A DNA stretch of 64,000 nt, from assembly GCA_963832165.1 (NCBI GenBank), contig CAWHTE010000005.1:288001-352000 (forward strand). The letters run 5' to 3'. Origin of the DNA: an uncultured delta proteobacterium. GTDB lineage: Bacteria; Myxococcota_A; UBA9160; SMWR01. The notes under the pieces were generated by a model. The model searched no databases. It was not told the DNA's origin and worked only from the letters and a program-made list of their open reading frames with translations. The position numbers and the translations under genes were made by a program. Below, one piece after another: positions 54,377-63,623 of the stretch; position 1 is the stretch's first letter; every line of letters begins with the position of its first letter.

Positions 54377-55822
54377 TCAGGTCCCGCCGCCGTCGACGAG
54401 CACGCCCGCGAAGACGTCGACCGCCGCCATCGCCTCGTCGGCTCCGCCGCGGAAGCCGTTCACGAGAATCGAGAACGAGAGCGTGCGCCCATCGGCGCGC
54501 CGCGCGAGGCCCGAGAGTCCGGTCACGCGCGTGAGCAGTCCGGTCTTCGCGCGAAGCTCGGCCCCTGCGCGCGACGCGCGCTTCTCGAGCGTGCCATCGG
54601 TGTGGCCGATCGGCAGGCTCGCGACGAACTCGGCGCCGTAGCGGAACGAGCGGGAGGCCTCGCGCAGCGCCGCAACGAGCAGGCGCGGCGGGACGCGGTC
54701 GTCGTAGGAGAGCCCGGAGCCGTCGACCTGGACGAGGCCCGCGGTCGGCAGGCCGAGGGCATCGAGCTCGCGCCGCACCACCGCGACGCCACCCTTCCAG
54801 TTGCCGGGTCCCCCATCCACAGAGACGGAGAGCGACTTGATCAGCGCCTCGCCGATCGGGTTGCTGCTGAACTTGAGGAAACGCCGCACGACGTCGGACA
54901 ACGGGCGCCCCTCGAACGCGACCAGCTCGTGCGCGGCTTTGGGCACATAGGCGCGCCGGACGGTGCCCCCGACCGGGATCCCGACCGCCGCGAGCTGCAT
55001 CTGCAACACGCTCGCCGCATAGCCCGCGGGATCGAGCACGCTTCGCTGGAACGTGCGCTCGGCGCCGCGCGGCCAGGTGCCACCGACCACGACCTCCTCG
55101 CCGCCCTCGATCGCGCGCCGGTCCACCACGAGGCGCCGGCCGCTCCCGGTGCGCGCCTGGTTCGACACGCGGAAGAACGCGAGCGGTGGATCGACCGCGA
55201 TCCGAACCGCTTCGCCGTTGCGCTTCGCGCCCTCCACGACCACCGCGTACGCGCTGTAGTTCGCCATCAGTGCGCCGACGGGCGCGACGTAGGCGCGCGC
55301 CGTGGTCGGCTGCCAGCTCGGGTGCCAGCGCTCACCGTCGAAGAGCGAATCGTCGACCGCGATGTCGCCGCGCACGCGGCGCAGCCCGGCGCGGTGCAGA
55401 TCGGCGGCGAGCCGCCAGTAGTCTTCGGAGGTGAGGCCGGGGTCGCCGCCACCGCGCACGTAGAGCGTGCCGACGCCGCCCTCGGCGTCGGGCTCGGCGT
55501 CGGCGTACACGCGCGTCGCGAACGTGTGCGCGGGCCCGAACACGCGCAGCGCCGCGAGCGCGGTGAGGATCTTCAGGTTCGACGCGGGAACGAGCGGCTG
55601 GTCGGGGTCGCGCTCGAACACCACGCGTCCATCGGCGTCGTCCACCACGAGCGCACCCACACGCGCTCCGCGCAGCGCGCGCGCATCGAGCGCGTGGGCG
55701 AGCGCGCGCCGCAGCGCCGAGTCCACGGGCGCTGCCGGCTCGGCCGCGCGCAGCGGGCCGGCGGCGGCGAGCAGCACCCCACCCATGGCAGACAGTTGGC
55801 GCAACAGTTGGCGCGACAGCAC
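54377..55822 (-). CDS. dacB: D-Ala-D-Ala carboxypeptidase/endopeptidase (PBP4 class, S13); start uncertain
   Basis: PASNLK (SxxK), GGGDPGL, SSN, DGSGLS, AKTG. Confidence 0.9.
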   Translation of the reverse strand: MLSRQLLRQLSAMGGVLLAAAGPLRAAEPAAPVDSALRRALAHALDARALRGARVGALVVDDADGRVVFERDPDQPLVPASNLKILTALAALRVFGPAHTFATRVYADAEPDAEGGVGTLYVRGGGDPGLTSEDYWRLAADLHRAGLRRVRGDIAVDDSLFDGERWHPSWQPTTARAYVAPVGALMANYSAYAVVVEGAKRNGEAVRIAVDPPLAFFRVSNQARTGSGRRLVVDRRAIEGGEEVVVGGTWPRGAERTFQRSVLDPAGYAASVLQMQLAAVGIPVGGTVRRAYVPKAAHELVAFEGRPLSDVVRRFLKFSSNPIGEALIKSLSVSVDGGPGNWKGGVAVVRRELDALGLPTAGLVQVDGSGLSYDDRVPPRLLVAALREASRSFRYGAEFVASLPIGHTDGTLEKRASRAGAELRAKTGLLTRVTGLSGLARRADGRTLSFSILVNGFRGGADEAMAAVDVFAGVLVDGGGT

Positions 55823-55913
55823 ACCGATCCAATCCGGGGGAAGGCGGGGATTGACGCGGGCGAAGTTATCCGGGAGCTTGCGCCCGGGCAATTTCCAGCG
55901 CATGGGGGCGCGG

Positions 55914-57215
55914 GTGCTCAACGCAATCTGGCTCGGCCTCGTGCTCATCTCCGTCTTGTACGCGGCGTACGCGGGGACGATGCCCGCGGTCACGGCTGCC
56001 GCTTTCAAGAGCGCCGAGACCGCGATCGGCGACGTCATCAAGCTCACCGGGTTCATGATCTTCATGCTCGGCGTGATGCGCGTCGCGAGCGAGGGCGGGC
56101 TGCTCGCGGCGATCGCGCGCGGGCTCTCGCCGATCCTGCGGCGCCTGTTCCCCGAAGTGCCGCCCGATCACCCGGCCATGGGCGCGATGGTGATGAACAT
56201 GGCCGCGAACATGCTCGGACTCGGCAACGCCGCGACGCCGTTCGGGCTCAAGGCGATGGCCGAGCTGAACAAGCTGAATCCGTATCCGGGCGTCGCGACC
56301 GACGCGATGGTGCTGTTCCTCGTGATCAACGCGACCGCGATCCACCTGATGCCGCCGACCGGAACGATGGCGGTGCGAGCGGCCGCGGGTTCCGCCGCGC
56401 CGAGCGCGATCTGGGTGCCGACGCTGATCGCGACGACCTGCGCGATGACCGTCGGCGTGCTCGTCGTATTCCTGCTGCGCAGACGCGAGCGCTACGCCGC
56501 GCGCCCGCTTCCCGATGCCGAGCCGGCCGTGGCGCGCAGCGCGGCGCCCGATCTGCCGGACACGACGCTGCCGATGCCCGGCCCCGCCAGCCCGGTGCGG
56601 AACGCGCTCACGATCGCGATCGGACTCGCGCTGCTCGCGGCGGTCGTCTGGGCGATCGCCGTGCCCGGTGATCGCACGCGCGCCGACATCGCGAAGGAGA
56701 TCGTGAATCAGTGGCTGATCGTGCTGCTCGTGGTGGGCCTGTTGCTCGTGGGTCTGCGCGGCGGCGTGCGGATCTACGACGAGATGGTCGCGGGCGCGCG
56801 CGAGGGCCTCGATGTCGTGGTCCGGATCGCGCCCTATCTCGTGGTGATCCTGGTCGCCGTCGGGATGTTCCGCGCCTCGGGTGCACTCGACCTCCTGATC
56901 GGCGCGCTGGATCCGTTCACGAGCGCGATCGGATTCCCCGCAGCCGCGCTGCCGATGGCGCTCTTGCGTCCGCTCTCGGGCTCGGGCTCGTTTGCGGTGA
57001 TGGCGGAGATCCTGCATGCCCACGGGCCGGACAGCTTCGTCGGCATGGTCGCGAGCACGCTCCAGGGGTCGACGGAGACGACCTTCTACGTGTTGACCGT
57101 GTACTTCGGGTCCGTGGGCGTCCGGGAGATGCGACACGTGCTCCCGGCCCTGCTGATCGGAGACCTCGCGGGCTTCGCCGGTGCCACCGCCGCGTGTCAC
57201 CTCTTCTTCGACTGA
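55914..57215 (+). CDS. SpmA-SpmB fusion (nucleoside-recognition/gate domain membrane protein)
   Basis: ANMLGLGNAATPFGLKAMAELNKLNP (SpmA); LRPLSGSGS, QGSTETTFYVLTVYFGSVGV (SpmB). Confidence 0.88.
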   Translation: MLNAIWLGLVLISVLYAAYAGTMPAVTAAAFKSAETAIGDVIKLTGFMIFMLGVMRVASEGGLLAAIARGLSPILRRLFPEVPPDHPAMGAMVMNMAANMLGLGNAATPFGLKAMAELNKLNPYPGVATDAMVLFLVINATAIHLMPPTGTMAVRAAAGSAAPSAIWVPTLIATTCAMTVGVLVVFLLRRRERYAARPLPDAEPAVARSAAPDLPDTTLPMPGPASPVRNALTIAIGLALLAAVVWAIAVPGDRTRADIAKEIVNQWLIVLLVVGLLLVGLRGGVRIYDEMVAGAREGLDVVVRIAPYLVVILVAVGMFRASGALDLLIGALDPFTSAIGFPAAALPMALLRPLSGSGSFAVMAEILHAHGPDSFVGMVASTLQGSTETTFYVLTVYFGSVGVREMRHVLPALLIGDLAGFAGATAACHLFFD

Positions 57216-57222
57216 GCGCGCG

Positions 57223-58266
57223 ATGAGCGAGCCGGACGCGCTCGAGCCGCAGCTCCTCCGCGTGTGCCGCGCCGCGGGACTCGAGCCGTTGCGCATCGAG
57301 TGGCTGCCCGCTGCGCTCTCGCTGCGCCGCTTCGCGCGGATCCATACCCGCACCGCGACGGCCGTGGCGCGGATCGAGACGCCCGAGGATCCGGCCGGTC
57401 GGCCCGCGAGCACCGCACCGGAGCCGCCCCACGAGCCGATCCGCGCGCTGCTCGAAAGCGCCGGGCTGCCGGTGCCGCGGCGCCTCGGCGGCGATCCCGC
57501 GGCCGGCATCGACCTGCTCGAGGACGCGGGGACGCTCTCGCTCCAGAGCGCGGCCGAAACGCTCGCGCCCGCTGCGCGCGCCGATCTCTACCGCGAGGCG
57601 TGCGAGCTCGTGCCGCGGATCCAGTCGGTCGCGCCGGCACCCGGTGTCGCCGCGTTCGCCCGGTCGCTCGACGCCGCGCTGTTCTCGTACAAGGGCGATC
57701 TCTTCGCGCGCTACGGGCTCGCCGCGCGCGGCCGCGATACCACGGCCGCCGAGACCGCCGTGGTGCGCGACACCTTCGCGTGGATCGCCACGCAGATGAG
57801 CGAAGCTCCGCAGCGGCTCGCACACCGGGACTTCCAGAGCAGCAACCTCTACGTGCGCGAAGGTGCTCCGCGCGGCGCACGCCTGTGCATGATCGACCTC
57901 CAGGGCGCGTTCCTCGCGCCGCCCGAGTACGACCTCGTGTGCCTGCTGCGCGACTCGTACGTGGAGCTGCCCGAGGACGAGATCGACGCGCACTGCGCGG
58001 CCGTGCGCGCCGCACTGCCCGACGCGCCCGACGCCGACACCTTTGCGCGCCGCTTCGATCTGCTCACGCTCACGCGCAAGGGCAAGGACCACGCGCGCTT
58101 CCTCTACGCCGCGCGCGAGCGCGGCGACTCGCGCTTCCTGCGCTACGCACCCGTCGCGGTGCGCCAGCTGCAGCGCGCCGCGGCGCGCGCGAGCGCGCGC
58201 GACACGCGCGTCGCCGATCTCGCCGCGCTGATCCACGAGCTGCCGGAGTCGCCATGCGAGCGATGA
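57223..58266 (+). CDS. amgK: AmgK-like anomeric sugar kinase (APH family)
   Basis: LSLRRFARI, LLEDAG, HRDFQSSNL, IDLQGA...YDLVCLLRDSY; directly upstream of a nucleotidyltransferase. Confidence 0.7.
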   Translation: MSEPDALEPQLLRVCRAAGLEPLRIEWLPAALSLRRFARIHTRTATAVARIETPEDPAGRPASTAPEPPHEPIRALLESAGLPVPRRLGGDPAAGIDLLEDAGTLSLQSAAETLAPAARADLYREACELVPRIQSVAPAPGVAAFARSLDAALFSYKGDLFARYGLAARGRDTTAAETAVVRDTFAWIATQMSEAPQRLAHRDFQSSNLYVREGAPRGARLCMIDLQGAFLAPPEYDLVCLLRDSYVELPEDEIDAHCAAVRAALPDAPDADTFARRFDLLTLTRKGKDHARFLYAARERGDSRFLRYAPVAVRQLQRAAARASARDTRVADLAALIHELPESPCER

Positions 58267-59198
58267 TCGTCGCCGCGGGCCTCGGCACGCGGCTGCGCCC
58301 GCTCACCGAGTGGCTTCCCAAGCCGGCCGTACCCGTGCGCGGAATCCCGCTGATCGCCTACCAGCTCGCGCTGCTCGCACACCACGGCGTGCGCGAGGTG
58401 GTCGTGAACACACACCATCTGCCCGAGCGGCTCGAAGCCGCCGCGCGGCGCCATTGCCCGCCCGGCCTCGCGCTCACGTTCTCGCGCGAGCGCGAGCTGC
58501 TCGACACGGGCGGCGGAATCCGGCGCGTCGCCGCGTTCCTGCGCGAGAGCGACCCCTGCCTGCTCGTGGGCGGCGACATGCTGCTCGACGTCGACCTCGG
58601 CGCGCTCGTTCGCGCACACCGCGAGCGCGGAGCGGCCGTTACGCTGCTCCTGCGCGAGGACCCGCGCGCGGCCGAGTTCGGCAGCATCGGCGTCGATCGC
58701 GAGGGGGTGGTCTGTCGGATCGGATCGCGCTTCCGGTTCGCGAGCGAGGCGGGCGCCGAGGCGCGCGCGGGGCTGTACGCCTGGGCCAACGTCGTGTCCG
58801 CGAGCGCGCTCGACACGCTGCCCGAGCGCGAAGTCTTCGGGCACTTCGACCACTGGCTCGCGCCGCGGCTCGCGGCCGGCGCGCGCGACGTCTACGGCGC
58901 ATTCCTGCCCTGTACTTGGGAGCCGGTCGGCACCCTCGCGGAGTACCTCGCCGTGAATCGGCGAGCGGCGCCGCTCTCCTACCTCGACGCCGACGCCGTC
59001 GCGCGCGCGGCCGGCGTGCGCTTCGAGCACGAGAGCGTGATCGGCGTTGGCGCGATCCTCGGCAGTGGCGCTAGCGTGAACAGGGTCGTGGTATGGGACG
59101 GAGAGCGGGTACCCGACGGCTGTCGCGCTCAAGACGCAGTGTTTGCGGGCGGACGGCTCCACTCTCTAGACCCGAACTCCGGCAGGAGTGCACCGTGA
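58254..59198 (+). CDS. murU: Sugar-1-phosphate nucleotidyltransferase, MurU-like
   Basis: MRAMIVAAGLGTRLRPLTEWLPKP, VVNTHHL, ELLDTGGGI. Confidence 0.7.
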   Translation: MRAMIVAAGLGTRLRPLTEWLPKPAVPVRGIPLIAYQLALLAHHGVREVVVNTHHLPERLEAAARRHCPPGLALTFSRERELLDTGGGIRRVAAFLRESDPCLLVGGDMLLDVDLGALVRAHRERGAAVTLLLREDPRAAEFGSIGVDREGVVCRIGSRFRFASEAGAEARAGLYAWANVVSASALDTLPEREVFGHFDHWLAPRLAAGARDVYGAFLPCTWEPVGTLAEYLAVNRRAAPLSYLDADAVARAAGVRFEHESVIGVGAILGSGASVNRVVVWDGERVPDGCRAQDAVFAGGRLHSLDPNSGRSAP

Positions 59199-59241
59199 AC
59201 CGGCGACCGGGGATCCGGGTGAAGTCGCGCGCCGCTCCGAC

Positions 59242-59979
59242 GTGACGGAAATCACCTTCGTCGGAACCAGCGATGCCTTCGGCGCAGGCGGACGGCGGCA
59301 GTCTGCGATCCTCGTGCGCGGCGCCTCGGGCGGTGCGCTGCTCGACTGCGGCGCCACCACGGGCAGCGGCCTTCACGCACTCGGCATCGCGATCGACGAG
59401 ATCGACGACATCCTGGTCTCGCACTTTCACGGCGATCACTTCGGCGGCATCCCGCTCCTGCTGCTCGACGCGCTCTACGAGGAGCAGCGCAAGCGCGCGC
59501 TGCGGATCGCGGGGCCGCCTGGGATCGAGGCGCGCGTGCAGCGGCTCGCAGCCGCGATGGGTCACCCGCTCGAGGGACGCGAGTGGGCGTTCCCGATCCA
59601 GTTCGTCGAGCTGCCGGCGGGCGTCCGCAGCGAGGTCGGCTCGCTGAAGGTCCGCTCATTCGCGACGCACCACAATCCCGACGCGCACCCGCACGGTCTG
59701 CTGATCGACACCGGGGACGCGAAGATCGCGTACTCGGGTGACACGGGCTGGTTCGAGGGACTGCCGCGTCAGGTCGCGGGCAGCGACCTGTTCATCTGCG
59801 AGTGCACCTATCACCGCAACAACTTCGAGTACCACCTCTCGCACGAGGAGCTGGTCGAGAACAAGCACCTCTTCGATTGCGGTCGCTGGATCATCACGCA
59901 CCTCGGCGAGGAGATGACGACCCGGCGCGCGAGCAGCGAGTTCGAAGCCGCCGACGACGGCCTCACGATCCGAATCTGA
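59242..59979 (+). CDS. MBL-fold metallo-hydrolase (RNase Z/BN-like)
   Basis: FVGTSDAFG, LDCG, SHFHGDHFGG, YSGDT, ECT, THL. Confidence 0.88.
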   Translation: MTEITFVGTSDAFGAGGRRQSAILVRGASGGALLDCGATTGSGLHALGIAIDEIDDILVSHFHGDHFGGIPLLLLDALYEEQRKRALRIAGPPGIEARVQRLAAAMGHPLEGREWAFPIQFVELPAGVRSEVGSLKVRSFATHHNPDAHPHGLLIDTGDAKIAYSGDTGWFEGLPRQVAGSDLFICECTYHRNNFEYHLSHEELVENKHLFDCGRWIITHLGEEMTTRRASSEFEAADDGLTIRI

Positions 59980-61123
59980 GCCCGCGGCCGCCCGGAACGA
60001 TCTCGCCGAGCACGCGCTCGCCGCGCGCGCCCGTGGTGCGCGGCAGGTGGTTCGGGAGACCCAGCAGCGCGTTGCGACCCAGCAGCGCGAACGCGATCGC
60101 CTCCGCGGCGCCGACCGGCACGCCGTGCGCGTCGAACGTCTCGACCGCGGCGCCGGGCACCGACGCGCGCAGCGCGCGCAGGAACGCGGGATTCCGCGCG
60201 CCGCCGCCGCCGACGAGCAGCCGCGCGATGCGCCCGCCAGCGCCCAGATGCTCGCGGCACGCGTGTCCGACCGCTTCGGCGCTGAACGCGAGCAGCGTCG
60301 CGACGAGGTCGTCGAGCTCGCGATCGCCCCAGCGGTCGACGAGCGCCTCGGCTTCCGCGAGGCCATAGCGCTCTCGCCCCGTCGATTTGGGCGGCGAGAC
60401 GCGCAGGAAGTCGTCGTCGAGCAGATCCGCGAGCAGTGCCGCGTCGACCGTGCCGCGCAGCGCGCGGCGCCCATCCGCGTCCATGCGCTCCGCACCGCGC
60501 GTCGCGCGTTGCACCACGCCGTCGATCAGCGAGTTGGCCGGGCCCACGTCGAACGCGATCACGTCGTCGGGTTTCGCGCCCGCGGGCAACCACGTCACGT
60601 TGGCGATTCCGCCCAGGTTCAACACGACGCGGCTCTCCCCGGGATCCGCGAACGCCGCGAAGTGGAAGAACGGCGCGAGCGGCGCCCCCTCCCCGCCCGC
60701 GGCGATGTCGCGCGGGCGGAAGTCCGCGACCGTCGTGACGCCGGTGCGCTCCGCGATCACGGATGGGTCGCCGATCTGGAGCGTGGCGTGCAGCTCGGGG
60801 TGGTGCGCGACCGTCTGACCGTGCGAGGCAATCGCGGCGACCCGATCGAGCGGGACGCCCGCGTCGTGCGCCACCAGGATCGCGGCCTCTGCGAAGCGCT
60901 CGCCGAGCGCGACGTCGAGCGCGGCGAACTCGCGCAGCGCGGTGCTCGCGGGGGTGCGGCCGGCCGCGAGCGCGTGGATGCGCTCTTGAAGCTCCGCGGG
61001 AAAGGCGTCCTCGCGCTGCGCGACGAGGCGGAACGGGCGCGCCGCTTCGCCGGGCGGCCACTCGACCAGGGCCGCGTCGACGCCATCGGCGGAAGTGCCG
61101 GACATGAGACCAATCACGTACAT
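59963..61123 (-). CDS. anmK: Anhydro-N-acetylmuramic acid kinase
   Basis: IGLMSGTSADGVD, SHGQTV, DFRPRDIAAGGEGAPL, NLGGIAN, FDVGPAN, PKSTGRE, GGGARN. Confidence 0.95.
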   Translation of the reverse strand: MYVIGLMSGTSADGVDAALVEWPPGEAARPFRLVAQREDAFPAELQERIHALAAGRTPASTALREFAALDVALGERFAEAAILVAHDAGVPLDRVAAIASHGQTVAHHPELHATLQIGDPSVIAERTGVTTVADFRPRDIAAGGEGAPLAPFFHFAAFADPGESRVVLNLGGIANVTWLPAGAKPDDVIAFDVGPANSLIDGVVQRATRGAERMDADGRRALRGTVDAALLADLLDDDFLRVSPPKSTGRERYGLAEAEALVDRWGDRELDDLVATLLAFSAEAVGHACREHLGAGGRIARLLVGGGGARNPAFLRALRASVPGAAVETFDAHGVPVGAAEAIAFALLGRNALLGLPNHLPRTTGARGERVLGEIVPGGRGLRFGS

Positions 61124-61140
61124 GGGTCGGAAACGTACCC

Positions 61141-61223
61141 GATGGCCTTCGCTCGCCGATGGCTCGCTGCGCGAGGCTTGCTGATGGCCTTCGCTCGCCG
61201 ATGGCTCGCTGCGCGAGGCTGCT
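61141..61223. repeat. Two tandem copies of a 42-bp palindromic unit
   Basis: GATGGCCTTCGCTCGCCGATGGCTCGCTGCGCGAGGCT(T)GCT x2; its reverse complement matches 51531-51571. Confidence 0.88.
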
Positions 61224-61353
61224 GAAACTCGGATCCGCATTTGACATGCCGTCACGGCGCTGGGATCATCCCGGCCCGATCGATCCCGATCGGGGTCCTT
61301 CCCTCCCATCCATTCCGCCTGCAACCCACCCCCGAAGCCATTCGGAGCCATCG

Positions 61354-61617
61354 ATGAGCGACTCTTCGCGAACCCAGGGCGGCCTGATCTGTGTGGGCGT
61401 GGTGATCCTCGCCGCGCTGTTCCTGCTCGGACTCCTCCAGCAGAGCTACCTGGCGCTCGCAATTCCCGTGGCCTTCGCGGTCTCGTTCGTGCTCGGTCTC
61501 GTGTTCTGGGTGGGCTACACGATCGCGACGATCCGGGTCGAGCCCGAGCACGATCCCGGCCGCGCTGCGGAGTCCGAGGCGCCGACCCAGGCGACGCCGA
61601 CGCAGCAGTCGGCCTAG
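61354..61617 (+). CDS. Small two-TM hypothetical protein
   Basis: ATG after GGAG; two hydrophobic helices. Confidence 0.7.
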   Translation: MSDSSRTQGGLICVGVVILAALFLLGLLQQSYLALAIPVAFAVSFVLGLVFWVGYTIATIRVEPEHDPGRAAESEAPTQATPTQQSA

Positions 61618-61633
61618 AGCTCCCGGCCCCCCT

Positions 61634-62887
61634 TTGCGGATCGCGCTGCTCACCTATCGCGGGAACATGTTCTGCGGCGGTCAGGGCATCTACGCCGCCT
61701 ACCTCGCGCGCGAGTGGCAGCGCGCAGGCCACGAAGTACACGTGATCGCGGGCCCGCCGCTGCCCGAGCTCGAGCCCGGCATCCCGCTGCACGTGATCCC
61801 GAACGAGAACGTGTTCGGCGTCCGGCACCCCGACTGGGCGCGGCGCGACAACCCGTTCGCGTTGCTCAAGCCGCTCTCGCTCTGGGAGCTCGGCGTCTCG
61901 CGGATCGGCGTGTTCCCGGAGATGCAGACCTTCTCGCTGCGACTGCTCGCGCGCTGGAAGCGACTGCAGGCAGAGCACCGCTTCGACATCGTGTTCGACA
62001 ACCAATGCCTGGGCTGGGGGCTGCTCGGGATCCGCGCGACCGGCGTGCCGGTCGTGTCGGTGATCCACCATCCGCTGCACATCGACCGCGAGGCAGATTT
62101 CGCGATCGATCCGATCCTGACCAAGAAGATCAAGCGCACGCTCTATTTCCCGCTGTTCATGCAGCAGCAGGTCGCGCCGCGGCTCGACCGGATCGTGACG
62201 GTGAGCGAGGCGTCGCGCGCGGAGATCGAGCGCTATTTCGGGATCCCCGAGAAGGAGATCCGCGTCGTCTACAACGGCACCGACAGCGATCTGTTCCACC
62301 CGGTCGAGGTCGAGAAGCAGGCGGATCTGCTGTTCGTGGGCCGCACCGAGGACCGCAAGAAGGGACTCGGCTCGCTGCTCGAGGCGATGGCGCTGTTGCC
62401 CGACACCACGCTCAAGATCGTGGACGGACGCATCCCCGAAGACGGGCTCGTGATGCGCTACCTGCGCCGCACCGGCATCGGCGATCGCGTGATCCTGCAC
62501 CGCCGCATGCTCACGACCCAGGAGCTCGTGCGCGAGTATTCGACCGCGCGCGCAGCCGTGGTGCCCTCGTTCTTCGAGGGATTCGGCTTCCCGGCCAGCG
62601 AGGCGATGGCCTGCGGACTGCCCGTGATCGCAAACGCCGCGGGCGCACTGCCCGAAGTCGTCGGCACCGACGGCAGCGCGGGCCGGCTGGTTCCGCCGCG
62701 CGACCCCGCGGCGATGGCCAAAGCGATCACCGAGGTGCTCGGTGAGCCGGGGCTCGCCGAGGCGATGGGGCGCGCTGCACGCGCGCGCGTGCAGCGGCTG
62801 TTCCGCTGGGAGCGCGCCGCCGCCGAGCTGATCGGCGTGTTCGAGGAGACGCTGCGTGCTGCTCACGGTCGATCTCGAGCGGCTTAG
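61634..62887 (+). CDS. Glycosyltransferase family 4
   Basis: YRGNMFCGGQGIY, IHHP, KKGL, EGFGFPASEAMACG. Confidence 0.92.
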   Translation: MRIALLTYRGNMFCGGQGIYAAYLAREWQRAGHEVHVIAGPPLPELEPGIPLHVIPNENVFGVRHPDWARRDNPFALLKPLSLWELGVSRIGVFPEMQTFSLRLLARWKRLQAEHRFDIVFDNQCLGWGLLGIRATGVPVVSVIHHPLHIDREADFAIDPILTKKIKRTLYFPLFMQQQVAPRLDRIVTVSEASRAEIERYFGIPEKEIRVVYNGTDSDLFHPVEVEKQADLLFVGRTEDRKKGLGSLLEAMALLPDTTLKIVDGRIPEDGLVMRYLRRTGIGDRVILHRRMLTTQELVREYSTARAAVVPSFFEGFGFPASEAMACGLPVIANAAGALPEVVGTDGSAGRLVPPRDPAAMAKAITEVLGEPGLAEAMGRAARARVQRLFRWERAAAELIGVFEETLRAAHGRSRAA

Positions 62888-63623
62888 GGTCCGCCGCGGC
62901 GAGCGACTGCTCGATGCGGGCTGCGGCGAGGGCCGCCACTGCTTCGGTGCGATCGAGCGCGGCGCGCACGTCGTCGGCCTCGACCTCGACCGCGACTCGC
63001 TGAAGAAGGCCGCTGGCGCGCTGCGCTTCCGCGGCGCGGAGCTCGGCCGGCTCGGCGCGATGCTCCAGGGCGACGCGTTCCATCTGCCCTTCGCCGACGC
63101 GAGCTTCGACAAGGTCATCTGCTCGGAGGTGATGGAGCACGTCCACGACTTCACGGGCGCCGCACGCGAGCTCGCGCGCGTGCTGCGTCCGGGCGGGCTC
63201 GTCGCGGTGACGATCCCGACCGCGACCAGCGAACACCTCTACCTGCACGTCGGTGACGACTACTTCGAATCGCCCGGCGGCCACATCCGCATCTTTCGTC
63301 CGCGCCAGCTCGCCGAGGGCCTCGCGCGCGCGGGTCTCGCCACCCAGGGCGTCGGCTTCGCGCACGCGCTGCACACGCCTTACTGGCTGCTGCGCTCGGT
63401 GGCCGGCCTGCCGCGCGCCGACGAGAGCGCGCTCGTGCGCGCGTATCGGCGGTTCCTGATCCGCGCGAGCGTATCGCCCGCGATGGCGCGGCTCGAGAAC
63501 GCGCTCAACTACTTCTGCCCGAAGAGCGTGATCCTGTACGCCGAGAAGCCGCGCGTGGCGGTGCGCCCCCCTCGTGGACTTCGCTCGCCTTCGGTTCATT
63601 ACGCGCCGGACGGCTCGCGGTGA
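62856..63623 (+). CDS. Class I SAM-dependent methyltransferase
   Basis: LLDAGCGEGRH, GDAFHLPFADASFDKVICSEVMEH, RVLRPGG. Confidence 0.92.
   Translation: MLLTVDLERLRVRRGERLLDAGCGEGRHCFGAIERGAHVVGLDLDRDSLKKAAGALRFRGAELGRLGAMLQGDAFHLPFADASFDKVICSEVMEHVHDFTGAARELARVLRPGGLVAVTIPTATSEHLYLHVGDDYFESPGGHIRIFRPRQLAEGLARAGLATQGVGFAHALHTPYWLLRSVAGLPRADESALVRAYRRFLIRASVSPAMARLENALNYFCPKSVILYAEKPRVAVRPPRGLRSPSVHYAPDGSR

Noticed and set aside
61141..61223. Possible mini CRISPR array
   Set aside because: Copies are directly adjacent with no spacer, there are only two, and no cas genes are present.
46310..63154. Very long ORF extensions upstream of hflC, nfeD, rsmD, dacB, murU and anmK
   Set aside because: Open frames overlapping real neighbouring genes; family homology starts only at the internal start codons given.
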